Shown here: piece by piece, positions 13,277 through 27,977 of the stretch
Numbering within the stretch: the stretch's first letter is position 1
Layout of the letters: each line of letters opens with the position of its first letter
Source: Podarcis melisellensis
Taxonomy: Eukaryota
Direction: 5' to 3' (one strand)
DNA: 64,000 bases
NCBI GenBank assembly: GCA_964234715.1
Contig: OZ174275.1
Notes under the pieces: model-generated
What the model was told of the DNA's origin: nothing
Database searches by the model: none
Seen by the model: only the letters and a program-made list of their open reading frames with translations
Position numbers and translations under genes: made by a program

Positions 13277-14036
13277 GAACAATCTGATCACATCCCCTCT
13301 CCTACTTTTTGTTGCTGCCTCTCTGCCTGTGTTCATTGAGTGATCAAGCAGTGATAACAGCAAGGAGGAGGAGGAGCTGCTATCTGTGCATCTAGACAGC
13401 AGTGTGCATGGGGCCAAAGGAAGAGGGAAAGTGAATGGGCAGTGCTGAGAGCAGCAAGGAGTTGGCCCATTGACAGGGCCAGCCCTACCATTAGGCAAAG
13501 TGCAGAGGGTAGCAGATGCTGGAAAACAGGGAATAGTGGTAAGGTGTTGGGAGACAGCCTGCCTGTGCCCCCTAAACTAGCTTGTTGCTCTCAGGAGGAC
13601 ACTGCCCCATCCCCAACTCTATGATTCTATGATTCTATGATCCACAGAGTCCAAATAAAATTCAGCTGCTAATCTAAGCATCTTATTTGTCTGAAATGGG
13701 GGTACTATCTTGTTTTTTGCCTCAGGCAGCAGGATATCTCAGACTGTCCACTTATGATACCTTGAGCCTCAAAAAGTGGAAGCAACACTGCTACTTGGCT
13801 ATCCTATGAGTGCGGCAACCTCAGACTAAAGCAGGGTCACCCACAGGCTGTCAGTAGTTTGCAGGAGGGATTCAATCACATGCTGGGAATTTTGGGTTTA
13901 CACAATTAAATTAGCTGGAAGACCTCTGGTACAACAAATTCTTCCCTTTAAAGGACTATTTGTGGTTAATAAGCTGAATGGAAAATGCACTAAAAAGTGT
14001 AGGATAAACAATTAGTGGGAAGACGTATAACCACTG

Positions 14037-14404
14037 TAAGTAAAGGTAAAGGGAACCCTGACCATTAGGTCCAGTCACGGACGAATCTGGGGTTGTGGCG
14101 CTCATCTCGCTTTATTGGCCAAGGGAGCTGGCATACAGTTTCCGGGTCATGTGGCCAGCATGACTAAGCCGCCTCTGGCGAACCAGAGCAGTGCATGGAA
14201 ATGCCGTTTACCTTCCCACTGGAGCGGTACCTATTTATCTATCTGCACTTCATGCTTTCAAACTGCTAGGTTGGCAGGGGCAGGGACCGAGCAACGTGAG
14301 CTCACCCCGTTGTGGGGATTCAAACCGACGACCTTCTGATCAACAAGCTTCTGATCGGCAAGCCCTAAGCTCTGTGGTTTAACCCACAGCGCCACCCGTG
14401 TCCC
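14037..14404 (-). mobile_element. Sauria SINE, full length
   Basis: Reverse complement of the 12300 element; TSD tataaccactgta. Confidence 0.93.
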
Positions 14405-17400
14405 ATCTATAACCACTGTATACAGCCACAAATCAGGAGGAATGCTTCTTGTCATATAACTTCTCCGCAAATGGATCAGGATGAATGTTCAGTAAGGGCC
14501 AGACCTTACTTAACCTCTGCCTAAGCTCTGTGCAAGCAAATCAGGGCAAATGCTCAATAAAGAGTACATCTGGAGGAAATATTTTGCGGTAGCCTCAGTA
14601 CTACTTCTCCCTGTGTCTCAGCAAAATAGTTGGGAAATCCAGTTGTGAATTCTTAACACCCAGACAATTAAGCTTGTGTGTAAATTCTGCAAGTTAGCAG
14701 ACTAGATGACGAGAAAGCAACTGACTAATTAAACTGATATATCAGTCCTCAGAACCCAAGATAAATACTGCTAGCACATCAATTAGGCAAGCCATTTTAC
14801 ATGGCTGTGGGTAATATATAAACAAAGTGCTTTATCTGAGCATTGCCTACAAACTCAAAGATTGTAATGTACTTTCAGATAACATTCCAAACCTATCCTT
14901 TTAAGCTTTCAGCCAAGAATTTATTTTTGCATTTTCTTTACTGTTGACAAAAAAAAAATATTCTGAAGCTTTGCTCCAACTTCTTTTGTTTTTGCTGTAT
15001 GTTGCATATTTTAAACCAAATCTTGATACTAGCATTAACTACCTGTTGCCATCTGTTTCATTTTCTTCTAACTTGCTTTTCTTATTGGATAGCAGGTACT
15101 AAGTGACAAAGTGTTGGCCATCTGAATAGGACTCCATCTAAAAATGTAACTGGATTTTTGCAAACTCCTTCAAATCCAATGAATTTCTTTCTTCTAATCT
15201 TTGCTATTTCCACCAGAATGTGTTCGCTGGTGTTATGGCAAGGATTTATAAAATCATCCTTCAAGGAGGGGAAATCAGTGTTGTCTCTACACTGCTCCCA
15301 CTGAATCTAATTGTGAAACTCCTCAGTGACCTTGGTGGGAGTTGAGGAGTGATGAAAGTCGATTACATGTTTTCTGCACTCCCGTAACGTTATACTGGAA
15401 CTTTAAGCTCAGTGATGAATGTGGGGGGGGAAACTGAAACGAAATAATCTGGAGTGGACTTTATCACTCCTCAGCAAACCTCATTCACCATCTGTTCATT
15501 GACATTATGAGAGGGAGGGTGCAAGGTTTGAATGCAGCATTTGAATGCAGGTTTTGCAGGCTGACTAGCCTTAACATCTCTGTGTAGACCAACAGTGGGT
15601 CACCTGGGGCCCTTCAGAGGTTGATGGACTCATCCTTGGTCACTGGTCCATGCTGGCTGGGGCTGGTAGAAGTTGGAGTCCAAAAGCACCTGGAGGGTCA
15701 AAGGTTTCCTACCACAGATACAGACCTACATCTTCATTTGCATAGCTCCACCCTACAGGACTGGCCCTGTCATGTGACAGAATAAAGCAACCTACGTATT
15801 TCAGGTAGCATCCTGAGCAGTGGGCAGCGGGAGAATTCAGGAATTAGTGTCTGAATGGTGTATCAAGCCTTGTCAAAGTGTTTGTCCTAGCACAAGGAAG
15901 GCCATTTTGGCTTTGCTTCAGATACAAGGCTGGCGTCAGACATTGTGGTGCCCAAATGGGTTGGTTCGGCCATCTCTGCTCCTCTTTCCTCCTTCTCCCC
16001 TGACCTCATCCCCCTCCTCTCCCTCATTCTTAATCCCCACCTTTTAAAGTATTTTGCCACCACATAAGCAGGCTCTCTCCTTCCGCCTTCCCATTGTATC
16101 TGACCTTGCTCTTAGAAAGGGGGCCTTTCCTCAGAGACATTCTGAACCAGGTGTCCTGGGATAGCATTGGCAGCATTCTGCCACCACAGCTAGAAATTCT
16201 CTTTTAAATTTAAACAAGTTGCATTAGCCTCTCTCTTGCCAGATTAGTCTGTCACCATTCAAATTAGCAACAGAGGTATGGTGGGGGCAGTAATGGAAAC
16301 TTATATGAACCAATGACTGCACGGGAACATTAAATATCAGAGGCAAAGCACATAGGATTCCAAGAATGAAATATTTTGCTTCTGATGCTAGCGTTAACAC
16401 GATCAAGGTCAGACTAAATACTTACTGGGAAAAATAGCTTCTCCTTTGATAGTCTGCTCTGTATGTTTGGGTTGTTGTTTTCTTTTAACCAACACCTGCT
16501 CTATATTGATTGTACAACAAAAGTGTTTGGTCTATGGATCACAATCTCAGGAACAAAGACTGTGTAAGCACATTCCAGGCCATCAGATGTTACAATTCTT
16601 ATAGCAATGTACTTCAAAAGCATATGAAGGGCAAAGCTACATGTTGCATGTAAATGCATGTTATGTTAGCCTGTTGTTGCTTTTTAAACTGGAAAAGCCA
16701 TTTTCAGATGGGAAAATTTGGAGTGGAAAAACACTCAACACTTTTCTGTCTTTTGTTTCCTGGTTTCAAAATCGCATATACCCTCCTGGCTTTTCCATTG
16801 TGGAATTTCAGATGCATGCTTCAGAGGGTTTAGAACCCCATGGGGAGAAAGTTGCTTGGGGAACAATTTCAAGTAAGGAAGTGGCAGAAAAAGAAAGGGC
16901 TAAACATCCCTCTCCTGAATGCACATACACCCCTCTTCACTTTAAAAATTGCTGTCAAGTGGCTACTGCACATATTTGCTTCTAATGTAGTATTGCAAGC
17001 TACCCCAATCTCTGACTGCTGCAAGATTCCAGGGGTTCCAGGTGCTTGTCTAGGATCCTTTCTCCTCAGAATAAGGGACAGCGGAGACTGTGGTGTCTTT
17101 ATAATATATGGTTTATTTGTATATGGGGTGTGTGGGGGTGGTGGTTTATTTATGGTTTATTTATACAAACAAACACACACACTTACAAAACAAAACAAAC
17201 ATGCTCATGGGAACTTGTGCAACTGTATGTATGCATTGACAATTATAAAATCACATGTGTAGAAAGAAAGTATTCGATAGGTTCAGTAGCAAACAGAAAA
17301 TCAGCTAACGACCAGCTAATAGCTGGTAATTTAATTTTCTTTTTGTATGCTTGGGGCTAAGTTATAATATGAAAAACATATTTATAACACACTCAATTAG

Positions 17401-18359
17401 CAACATAGATTTTACAGTGTTATTGTCATTTAACCTTTTTAATGCATCTTATTGCAAAGGCAAATTTACTGGTTACTTAGATTATTTCATATTGTCTCTA
17501 TCTGCTATCATCTGTCATTTGACAATCATGTGCTAGGGCAGATCTGCTACCAATTCCTCTCATCTTCTATAGGAAGAAACTTAATTCTTTAAGCCAAGGG
17601 TGTAAGACAGGGTCATGAGGTCAACTTAATCTTACAAATAATCTTTGCAACGTAGAAGGGAGATCCTCCAGTGTGCTTATCTCTTGTGCTTAGGGCAGTT
17701 ATCTTAGTTAAAAGTCAGGATTAGAGTTATCAGGCCAGTGCCTTAAATTTTAGGAGTTAGACTATTGATCATTATAGGCAGAACACTGGCTTGGACAAGC
17801 AGCACATGAAAGATTTCCAGTCCACCCTTTATAAATTAAACTGACTGCTATTTTAGTTAGTTAAAAGCTTTTCTAGAATACAAATTCTCATTATCAGTTA
17901 GATAGGAATGGGGGAAAGACCTATGCAATCTATAGAACATACATGGTTTCAGTGGGATAAATGCCATCCACCCTATATTTCATAAGACAAAGCCTTGCTT
18001 AGCTTGGTTAGAAAGTAAGGAATCTGACATGAACTGTTTTAGTTTAGGAAATGCATACACAAAGTTAATATGGTTTTAATGTGGAGCCAGTAGAATGTAT
18101 CCTTTCAAGCAAGTATGAAATGCCCATTAATCTGTTCAGCTGTCCTTGTTCTTCATGTTCAGGATGTTAAAGAGTTGTAAAAGGATGGAATTTTGTCACT
18201 CTTTCAATGTACAGCTAGGTGCAGAGTGTTGTTCCTAAATTAGCTTCAGAACAAATTATTCCAGATTTTTACTGAATGCATCATTATTGTTAACTAATTA
18301 TTCCATATTACTCCTCTGACATGTGCTGCAAGCCAAAACTGGAGACCTACTTACTACAG

Positions 18360-18570
18360 CAGGGGTGCCCAAACTTTTTTCAAAGAGTGCCAGATTTAAT
18401 GAAGTGAACATGCATGAGGGCCGACCGAAGTTGTTGAACTTTTTTTAGGATTGAAGTTGTTGAGCCTTTTTTAAGATTTTACCCCAGAACATATATTGCT
18501 GCGGGGGCTGGATTAAATTGACCAGCGGGTTAGGTCCCCAAAACAGACTTTGGGACTTTGGACATGTCTG
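18360..18570. mobile_element. hAT-type MITE
   Basis: caggggtgcccaaa...tttggacatgtctg with perfect 8-bp TSD tactacag. Confidence 0.85.
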
Positions 18571-18974
18571 TACTACAGTATACAGGTCATGGAAACTGAA
18601 GAATGGACCATGGCAGCATCAGTGTAAGAGTTAGTCACCATTCCTAAATAATGTCTTGTTGCCCTAGAACAGTCAACACAACACTTGCTGTCTGTGGGCC
18701 AGGATTTATCAACACTATTCCCCACATAGCCCATATCCACATTTCTTTCCTTTCCTAGTAAAATACCAGGGTAGACATTTCCCAGCTCCAGAGCATGAAT
18801 GGAAAATGGCAAGGGTCTTTAAGAAATCATAGGATGCTGTTCCCTCATCGCTTCCTCTTCCAACCTGGAAGTAGTTTGGGACCCGTATCCAAGATGTTGG
18901 AGATATGTAAACATATCCATATGAGAGTCTTCTTAACTGGAAAGCAGTTAAACTTCCAAATGATTATGATGATT

Positions 18975-19265
18975 TCAGTTTATATTCTACTCTTCCTCCC
19001 AAAAGTGCCCAGGGCAGCAAACACATAAATTTTATATGTGTATTTATGTTCTAAAGGCAGTTAAAACAATAACATTCTCTTAGCCAATGATTTCATGGTT
19101 GCCAAGAACAGTGCCCGCTATTAAATGCCTGAGTAAACAGGAATGTTTAAAAATTCCTCCTAAAAGTCAAGGAGGGAGACAGGTGCAGCTCACCAGAGAA
19201 GGCATTCCACAAATGGGCAACCACCACTGAGAAAACTCTATCAAAGGTCAGTGCCAACTGAGCAG
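18975..19265 (-). mobile_element. Old L2-like 3' fragment
   Basis: gcattccacaaatgggcaaccaccactgagaaaactct is the reverse complement of the L2 RAFSV..P.LWN motif. Confidence 0.55.
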
Positions 19266-20572
19266 CCAGGTACTTTTATACTCTGTGCTTTCAGAACAGG
19301 CCAATCATATCCAATGTGCTACAGATCAACAATCTGAATCCATATTTTCACCAGTCTTTTTGTAGATCAGCGCTTCCTGTTTGCACTTTCTCTGCTGCAC
19401 GGTGGGATTTTAAAATGTGCTCATCTTACTGTTTTTCTTGTCCTCCCTAAAGTGAATTTGCACATCTTCAGCAGGATGGTTCAAATGATGAGAGACCATC
19501 ACTTTTGGATAAGTTGCAGTGTTAGCAAAGTCATCCTTTATAGCCATGACAACAGTACACACAGATTTCTTTCTTTAAAATAATGCATTTCAACTTGGGC
19601 TTCCACTCCCCGCCCCCCATTTTGACAAATATCCCCCAAATTCTTTGACGGATAATCCCTGTCGGTTGCAATGACATCTACTGGATGTCAGAGCTGACAA
19701 AGAGCAGATCCTCCTACTGCTTAACTTCACAAGACCTACTGCCAGTTAAAAGCCCAGGACTAGAGTCTTCCAGCAGGCAAAACTCCTCGTGTAGTTAATG
19801 GAACTTTTTGGCTGGAAGGGGCTACAAGACAGATCGGGACTTCTTTTGGTTATTTAAATTCCTGTTGCTCCTATGAAGCAATTTTCTGTCACTTTTTAAA
19901 TCCCAGGTAACAAATTTCTAAGCAGATTGCAAGGAAGTAAAGATGCACTAAAAAGTGCTATAATCAACCAAACTGATCTGCTCCCAGCTGTTATTTATTT
20001 CAGAGCTTTGTATATAAACTGAAGTCAAAATTATTAGGTATTCTCCAAGGCTACTATACAAACAGTGAGATGCAAATTATATTTACTGGACTAGACCTGT
20101 TCTGCTATCCTGCCCAAGCTGTCAGAAAACTCACTTCTTTGCTTTGGATTTTTCATTTGGAGAGAATCTAAAGCTTTCAGATAGGTTTCACAAACATCCA
20201 GCACCACATTATTTTCATGCATTAAAATGGCAATACCCCCAAAGTGATATTTCCCAAACTTTTGACACTTTGGCCTCTTTATTTTTCTTTGCCTTGAATT
20301 CAAATTGGAAGGACAATTCACACATACACCCCCAAAGATACTGATGTAACATGAGACTTTCCAATGGCAAGACTGCAGGGTTTTCTTTGGGTGAAAGAGG
20401 AATGGAGATTTATGACATATTCGTAATATCTGCTTTATTAACCAGTGAGAGCATGGAGAAGGCAAGCACAATCCTATAGGCAGGCAGCACATCTTGAGAT
20501 GGATTCACAGAGAGATACTTTTGCTGTCGCTTCCAAGTCTGCGCTCCCACTAACTCCAGCTAGGAAGTCTCA

Positions 20573-20906
20573 AGGCTGAATCAGACATTACTTTAGTGGT
20601 GTGATTAGCAATCATGTCTGGAGTTTTTTTTAATGATTAAATACCAGTCCTGGGAGGTTTTCGTTTTTTTTCCACTACACATGGGTAGGGGGGATTTAAG
20701 ACTCCCCTTCTTAGCTGTGTTCCTGATAAAAGCACTACCCTACATGAAAGTTTGACTTAGAAAATGGGAGCTTCGCCCTCCAAAAAGCTAATTGCAGCTG
20801 GGGAGCATTTCGGTCCCATATACAATAATACACAGCATTTATTTTATTTTTAAAACTCATACATGGTTGCTAAGCATGCTACTAAAGTAATGCCTAGTTT
20901 GCCCTT
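20573..20906. mobile_element. Old MITE with ~50-bp imperfect TIRs
   Basis: cattactttagtggtgtgattagcaatcatgt versus acatggttgctaagcatgctactaaagtaatg. Confidence 0.7.
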
Positions 20907-21167
20907 CAGCTTTCTCTTCCTCTGCCCATGTCGGCTTCCAAACTGCTGTCTCCCAGGGCCAAACCACCCATTATGTCCAAGGCATTTTTAACCTAGGACC
21001 TAGACCCTTCCAGATGTCTTTTTTTTTGTGTGCATCTATTTCACAATGGCATTGGTGCAATTATACACAATCCCACTTTCAGTACTGTTTGTGTGCTCAT
21101 TCATTTTCCAGTCAGTTCAAAGGTGAAATCTTGTAACTTTTCATACCACCAATGTCCTGGAGTTGTT

Positions 21168-21168
<1 letters not shown>

Positions 21169-21208
<40 letters not shown>
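21169..21208. repeat. (GT)n microsatellite
   Basis: Direct reading. Confidence 0.98.
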
Positions 21209-21211
<3 letters not shown>

Positions 21212-21713
21212 GTCCTGCTTTCATTGCACTATAACACAAGAGTGCCCCTTCAGGAGGCAATAAAGCATTAGCACTGGTGAAGCATTTGTTCAGTGTGTCA
21301 ACCTACAGATCCCTATTCTGCAGCCTAGTTGATAGACAATTCAATCACATTCAACAGCTCCCATATTTTCCTAGTTACTGTATATCTAATTTATTTGGCT
21401 TTTTCTTGTGTTCTGCGCAGGCTACATCTTAGACTTCTGGTGCGATGTGTCCTTCTTGACTCCTTCCTGCTGGATGGTGTCACTGCTCATCTATTCTCAA
21501 AGAGGAAAGGGCCTCTCTGTTACAAGGGGCATAGAGTTGAGGATCCATTCAACATGGTGACTTAGTTTGATGAAGGTACACATCAGCTTTTCTAAAAGCA
21601 TTTTTGGGAAACACAGCCTGAAGCACTCAACTCTGTCTAGAGTTGGTGGGTCTGGGATATATAAGTTACGGGAGTTTGTAATTTAGCCTTTAAAGACTGG
21701 TGTGATCCAGCAA

Positions 21714-22082
21714 GTAAGGTAAGGTAAAAGACCCCTGGACGTTTAAGTCCAGTCAAAGGCGACTATGGGGTTGCGGCACTCATCTTGCTTTCAGGGTGAG
21801 GGAGCCTGTGTTTGTCCACAGACAGCTTTCTGGGTCATGTGGCCAGCATGACTAAACCGCTTCTGGTGCAACGTAACATGGTGACAGAAACCAGAGCGCA
21901 CGGAAACGCCATTTACCTTCCCTCCGCAGCGGTACTTATTTACTACTTGCACTGGCATGATTTTGAACTGCTAGGCTGGCAGGAGCTGGGAGCTCACCCT
22001 GTCACAGGGATTCAAATCGCCGACCTTCTGAATGGCAAGCCCAAGAGGCTCAGTGGTTTAGACCACAGCGCCACCTGCGTCC
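21714..22082 (-). mobile_element. Sauria SINE, divergent subfamily
   Basis: Head/core/tail as in the other copies with a different 3' half; TSD ccagcaagtaa. Confidence 0.9.
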
Positions 22083-24710
22083 AGCAAGTAACAGTGACTG
22101 GCAGAATCCATTCCGTAGCCTGGTTTGCATTTACTCTCAATCCTGTTCACTGAGGAAACTTATGGCAAGTTGCTGCCTCCCAGTTTGGTTGGGTTGAATG
22201 GTGCCCTTCCATTGGCAGTATAGAAGGGCAGCGTTCACCCTTCGGATAAGGGCAGTGGGCATTTGCAGGTCAAACCCTGTACTTCTCTGAAAATTTATGG
22301 CAGCATGTGCACATTCCAACTTTTCTTGAAGCTCCTTTCATCAGCTCCTCTTCTTTCACTTTAGCAGCACTCATAATTATGTTCGTTGACGTAAAGGCCT
22401 AAGGTTAGGAGGAACCTGTCCATGTGTCAGATACAAATGTGAGTATAAAGACTTATTGATGCCCTGCACGACTTGCTATCAATGCATGATCAGCCCCGAC
22501 ATAAAGACATCAATAAAGAGAATCGGCTTAACAGGACAGGATAATAGCACAGGGAAGCAATGCATCACAGCCGGATGGCTGTGACAGTGACCATAAACCT
22601 TTGGATGCTGCCTAGCACCCACAAGGACAGCAAGAATCTTCACATCTGGAAGGAGGCCAATGCAATAGTCACTAAGAAGTTTATTTATTACTGCCCACCC
22701 CTGGAAAGCATTCCCTAAGAGCCAAGGGAAACAAGAAGACTATGTAAGCTATGCAAAGAAAACGAAAGCACTGCCCACCCAAAATCAGGTTGACACAAAA
22801 CATTCTCCATAGGTTCTTGGTCAATGCGAAACATATTTATGCATTCCTTTGTTTATTTACTTAGATGTATAGGCCACACTCACAATGTTATCAAACCCAT
22901 TGAGAGGACTTTCATTTCTGTGAGTCCCTTCCTAGTTTTACTAAAATTCATAACATTACATGGTAACTTCCAGCCCTGTATACTGTTCCCTTGTAATATA
23001 TTTTAAAAATTTGTTATATAATCTTTCATTTTACACAGATGTTATGTATAATCTACTTTCAGTGAAATGGGTTGGTGATTTGACTCAAAATGTATCTTTC
23101 GTTGGCTTCACAAATTGTTCATCATCTCTCCCCCCCCCCCATTCAGGCCTAGTCTAAATTTAATTATTTCATTTTTATCATTTGTATCCTGATGTTATAT
23201 TAAAGCAATAACCAAGTACCTTTCAATAAAAATGAATGGTAATATAATGAAATAAAACAATAAATAACAAAGCATCAAGAGGCAGCCATTTCTCCATCTC
23301 CTCCTCTGCTGTTGTTTCTCTGTATCTAAGTTAGTCAGAAGGACTAGCTGCAAGTCCCCTTATTTCAGAGGGCCTCTTCTAAGCGGGACTAAGAGATGAA
23401 TTTTAACCCTGGCTGGGAAGCAGCAGTACAGAGTAGTGGGTTGACGGTTGACCACCACATCCCAAGCCCTGTGGACAAGCCGAAGGTGGAAGGTGCAGTT
23501 TGTTCTGTGTTTTTTGATGTGCTGGTTCCAAGCTGACACAGCTAAGATGCCCAGATTGGAATGGAATGGCTCAGGATCTGTGGCTGACTCTGTTCTGTTC
23601 TTGCCTGGTTTCAGTGTGCTGTGTTGACTATCAGCTGCAGGAACACCAGTGGCAGTAGCATTCCTTATGTCTTCCCTTCCATGGTCATAGTGCGGCCCTC
23701 TGTAGTGATGGCGGCTGCCTGCCAGAGAAGACCAGCAGATACCAGCAAGAAGCACAAATGCTCCTCTAGCACCATTGATTGGAGATTTATGACTGCAGTC
23801 TCAATCTAGATCTAAGCCATAGTCTACCCTGTGGGAAAGCTTATAACACTGGCTCCTAAACACAGATTTCTGAGCCTTTTTGTTTGTTTCTTGGTTAATT
23901 TACCTACATATTTTGCATATAGCATGTTATTGGTTTGATATTGTTTCACATATTTTATTATTGCCTTATTGTTGCCTTGAGCGAGACAGTTGAAAAAGCA
24001 GCACTGAAGGTTTTTTGTTTTGAAAAATTATGTTTGCCCCAAAGCTCAATTGTCAGTACTGTTCTTCAGTTCTTTATAGTTACTTTTTTAAATGGAAAAG
24101 AAAAATAGTTGCATGTCAGAGTATTAACCGGCAGTCAAAAATATTTGTGACATCTGTTGTATTCATTCTAAATAATTATTTTAGTACCAACTGCAATAAA
24201 TACAAAATTAATTTTAAAGCTATATTAAAATGGCATCAGTGATATATCCTAGCTGGACAACAACAGGAAACTGAGAAATTCGCCCATACCAGGGCTCAAT
24301 TTATTCATGCTTAAAAATAGGAGAGTATGTGATTGTATTTTAGGCCATATATATTAAAGAAAAGGAAGTCTGGCTCTGGTTTAAGCATGAGATTAAAAGG
24401 CAGGAGGTTTTGTGTTTAATAATTTCTGTCTTAGTTCCATATTTTAGACAAGTCCCCAATTTTCACTATGTTTCCGTATGGGTAATGGAACGTAGGGTTT
24501 TCCTAGACATATGTCTGACCTGTAACACTAAAGCAGTGAGGGCATTTGCAGGGAAGAATTGGCACTGAATTATTTGGCATCAGAAAGTGGTGCTTAAGCC
24601 TTCTTACGTGTGCCATTTCCCCTCCACTTGGGTCAGAAGGCTGGATATGGAGGGGACATCCTGAGCAGCAACATTTGCAAAAATAAAAGCAAAAAACAAC
24701 CTGTGGACAT

Positions 24711-24916
24711 GGGGAACAGCTGTAGCTCAGTGGCAGAGTGTCTGCTCTGGATACAGGAGGTCGCAGTTTCAATTCCCAGCATCTCCAGGTAAGGCTGGGG
24801 CTATTCCCTGCCCGGAATCTCTGTATACTGTAGTTGCTGACAGTTCGTGTAGACAGTATTGAGCTAGATGTACCAATGGCCTTAGTCAGTATAAAGCAGC
24901 TTCCTAGTTTCCTATG
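24711..24916 (+). mobile_element. tRNA-derived SINE with CR1-type tail
   Basis: gctgtagctcagtggcagag (A box), gtttcaattccc (B box), tail ..gcagcttcctagtttcctatg. Confidence 0.78.
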
Positions 24917-27900
24917 GGAGGGTTAAGTACAACCATCGTATACCTGGAGAGACATATATGGCAAGAATGCATTGCCCAAGAACATCGGGCAAGTTAGTGA
25001 AGGCTGCCAATAAAAGCTCGGGTTTTCCTTTTATAAAGCTCAACAATTTAGGGATGTCCTGGTTTTTACTTTTTGAAATAAGGCAACCCTAAAGTTAGCC
25101 ATAGCTCTCACAATTAACAGGTAACAACCCAAACCTATCTTCAGGCAGTACTGCTTTAGTCTGCAAGTGGGAACTTGTGTGATAAAAGACCCTCCATGAA
25201 AAAAAAAATCCCACATGCAGAAAGCTAGCATGTCAGGGAGAAATGTTTCGCTCTTGCATCTATTTGCTTTGTAGAGTGATTTGTTTATTTATTTAGTAGA
25301 GAAGCATTTGATTGTGTGCAATTGGAGAGAGAAAACGCTTTGGAATGAAAACATCCCCATCTTGGAGATAATTGATGTGTCTTACCATAATATGCGGCAG
25401 CCACAAGAGCTATTCTGTGAAGAAGTTGCATCATGTTACGTTGTTGAAGAGAAAGCCCTGTCATTAGATGCTGCAAGGTGCTTGACTATGCCCTGCATAA
25501 GGGATGAATCTTGTTTTTGTGTATACAATTGGGAGAGTTAGTCTAGAAATAAGCTTTCTCCCCTTCTTCCCTTAGAAAAACATAGATGCTGATCAGCCAG
25601 AACCCTTCTGTCTTCATGTCTGGACAGTGCTGAATCAGAAGCAACTTGGGATGCCTCATATGGGTCTATAGGAACACAGTTGGAGACTGCTGCCAGCATG
25701 ATTTGGCTCCCCCAGTCAAACCAACAGCACCATGTTACCTGGGATTATCCTCACTGCGGTGCATTCATGCTTCGCCGCAGTTTCGCTTAGCATTATGAGT
25801 GAACTGGGCCACTTTCTGTAGTGGTGCGTTCCACTTGTTGAACAGATCTAATATTGTTAAAGAGCAGAGCAAGTCTATGCCACCTCTGGCTTCTGGTTTA
25901 AAGATTACCCTAATCATATGTGTTTTTATTATCACAATCGTTTTTTATTATTACAGTGTGCAGAAGCTCCAAAACTGCAGCTGGAAACTTCTGCTTGTGC
26001 AACAGCACCCAAAGATAGTAGTATTCTGTACAAACAAGGACACCTGTGCCCACTTGGCTCTGAGGAAAGGAAGATGCTCCCTTAGCTGCAGCTCCTAGTT
26101 GGTGCAACACTGCTACCACTAGGTTTGCAGCTGGCCAAGTGGCCCCTGAAAGCTCCTACTGACTCCTAGGGGTCAGTTTTCCTGTTTCTCACATTTCCAA
26201 ATTTAAGTTTGCTTCTCCAGATTTCCACATCGGTTTGCGATTTATTTATTTATTTATTTGCTTTAAAGCCCTCATGAAAACCCATTAAAAGAATTAGTGC
26301 GAATTCTCCCCAGTATGCACATTTATTTTGTCTGCAACATTCCCATATCTTTCACAGAGCGATTTCGCCAAATAGAACGTGGTTTTGTATGCTACTTGCT
26401 CTTATATGTACATTTTTATGCTGCTGTAGCTGGCATCTGTCTGTCTCAGGAGACAATGCAGGAATGCGCCTTGGAGGGAGAAATGGATGGATGGTTTTAT
26501 TGTAGTCTATGCATTCTGCACATGTTTCTCAGAGGGGGAACTGTCCTGCAAAATTCAGAGAAGTGTGAATTTCAGAGGATGGCCGGTTTCAGTTTATATA
26601 TTGCTTTGGAAAGTGCGGATTTAGATATTCACATTTAAATGTGAAGTGAATAGTATATCTCCCTTATCTCTACCGAGTCCCTGTGCCAAAAGATCAGATC
26701 CAGATCATTCCTGAACCTTTTCCTCCTTCTCCTGTTATTACTACGAGCCCTTAACCCTGAGCAAGATCTGGCTCTTAATATAGAAATAATTACTAGTCAT
26801 CTACAGCTGCATGAGCAGGCAATGGTGTTCTGCTGGATTTTCAGTCTAGGTCTTCAATTTGACCATTTCCCCTCTCACTTTGGCTTCCCCACCCTCCCCT
26901 GTGCCCTTGAAAACAGAAGCCTGACTGACAGAAATTCTGCAGGCAAAAAATTTTCTTCCTCTGTTCTGCATCCTGGAAAAGCATCACATACTAAACTGCT
27001 GTAGATCAGGTTCAAAAAATGGTGGCAATCCTACCAAGTATTCCAGGTCCTGTACACACTTTTGATCTTATCTCGCCCATCTCCTTAACAACTGCCAGAA
27101 GTCCTATATATACAATTAACGTACCCAATATGTTGCCCTTCATGATAACCTCTGGAAATAGGCTTCATAGGAACCATCCGTTGTTAGCCAAACACAACAT
27201 TCATGCATGAAATTTCAGTTTTCTTTTCATGCAAGTAAATAGAAAGGAATGTCAGCTATAGCATTTTCAGGCTTTGTTCTAGATCATTCAGGGGACAAGA
27301 AAAATGAATAAAATTTCAGAATTTATTCAACATGGTTCATGATGCTCATTCCTGGAGTCCAAGAAGACATTAAAACATTGAGTTGTAGCAGTGGAAATTA
27401 AAGATTTGAACAGGAGAATTGTGAACTCTGGAAAAGAAAACATAACCCATCGGTGGTGATCATGCAGAAACTAAATAAGATTAATGAAGGTGGAGAGCAG
27501 ACAAACAACCATTTTTAAGGAGCCCCATGTGTCTTGTTTTCTAAAGAGCAGGAACAAGAATCCAGGAATAATTAAAGTGCTCAGTGAACAAATGTAAATC
27601 CAATTGGCAAAATCTAGATTTGTAGACCCTAGAGGACATCAGATTATGCAGTCAGATAGGCATCTGAATTTAAATTTGCTAGTATCCAGATTAGCAGCAG
27701 CAGTCGGGGGGGGGGGGAATCTACCAAACGCCTGACCTCCATTTGGCTGATTTGCTACAGTATACTGGGATGGGGAGGAGCTTGACACTGAGGCTGGCGC
27801 AGTGCAAATTCCATATTTTAAAAAAATATATATCTAACACAGATACAGAATGGAATAGGTATCTCCACTCAAAAGGCTTGCTAAAAAAATGAAGGTGTTC

Positions 27901-27977
27901 AGTAAGTACTGAAAAAACAAGCAGGGCGCTGCCTGTCTGCTGTGTAATGATACAGAGTTCCAAAGCATAGGTGCCAC

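Noticed and set aside
24711-24790. tRNA genes (also 1870-1940 and the Sauria SINE heads)
   Set aside because: A/B boxes continue into SINE bodies with LINE-derived tails; no intact cloverleaf.
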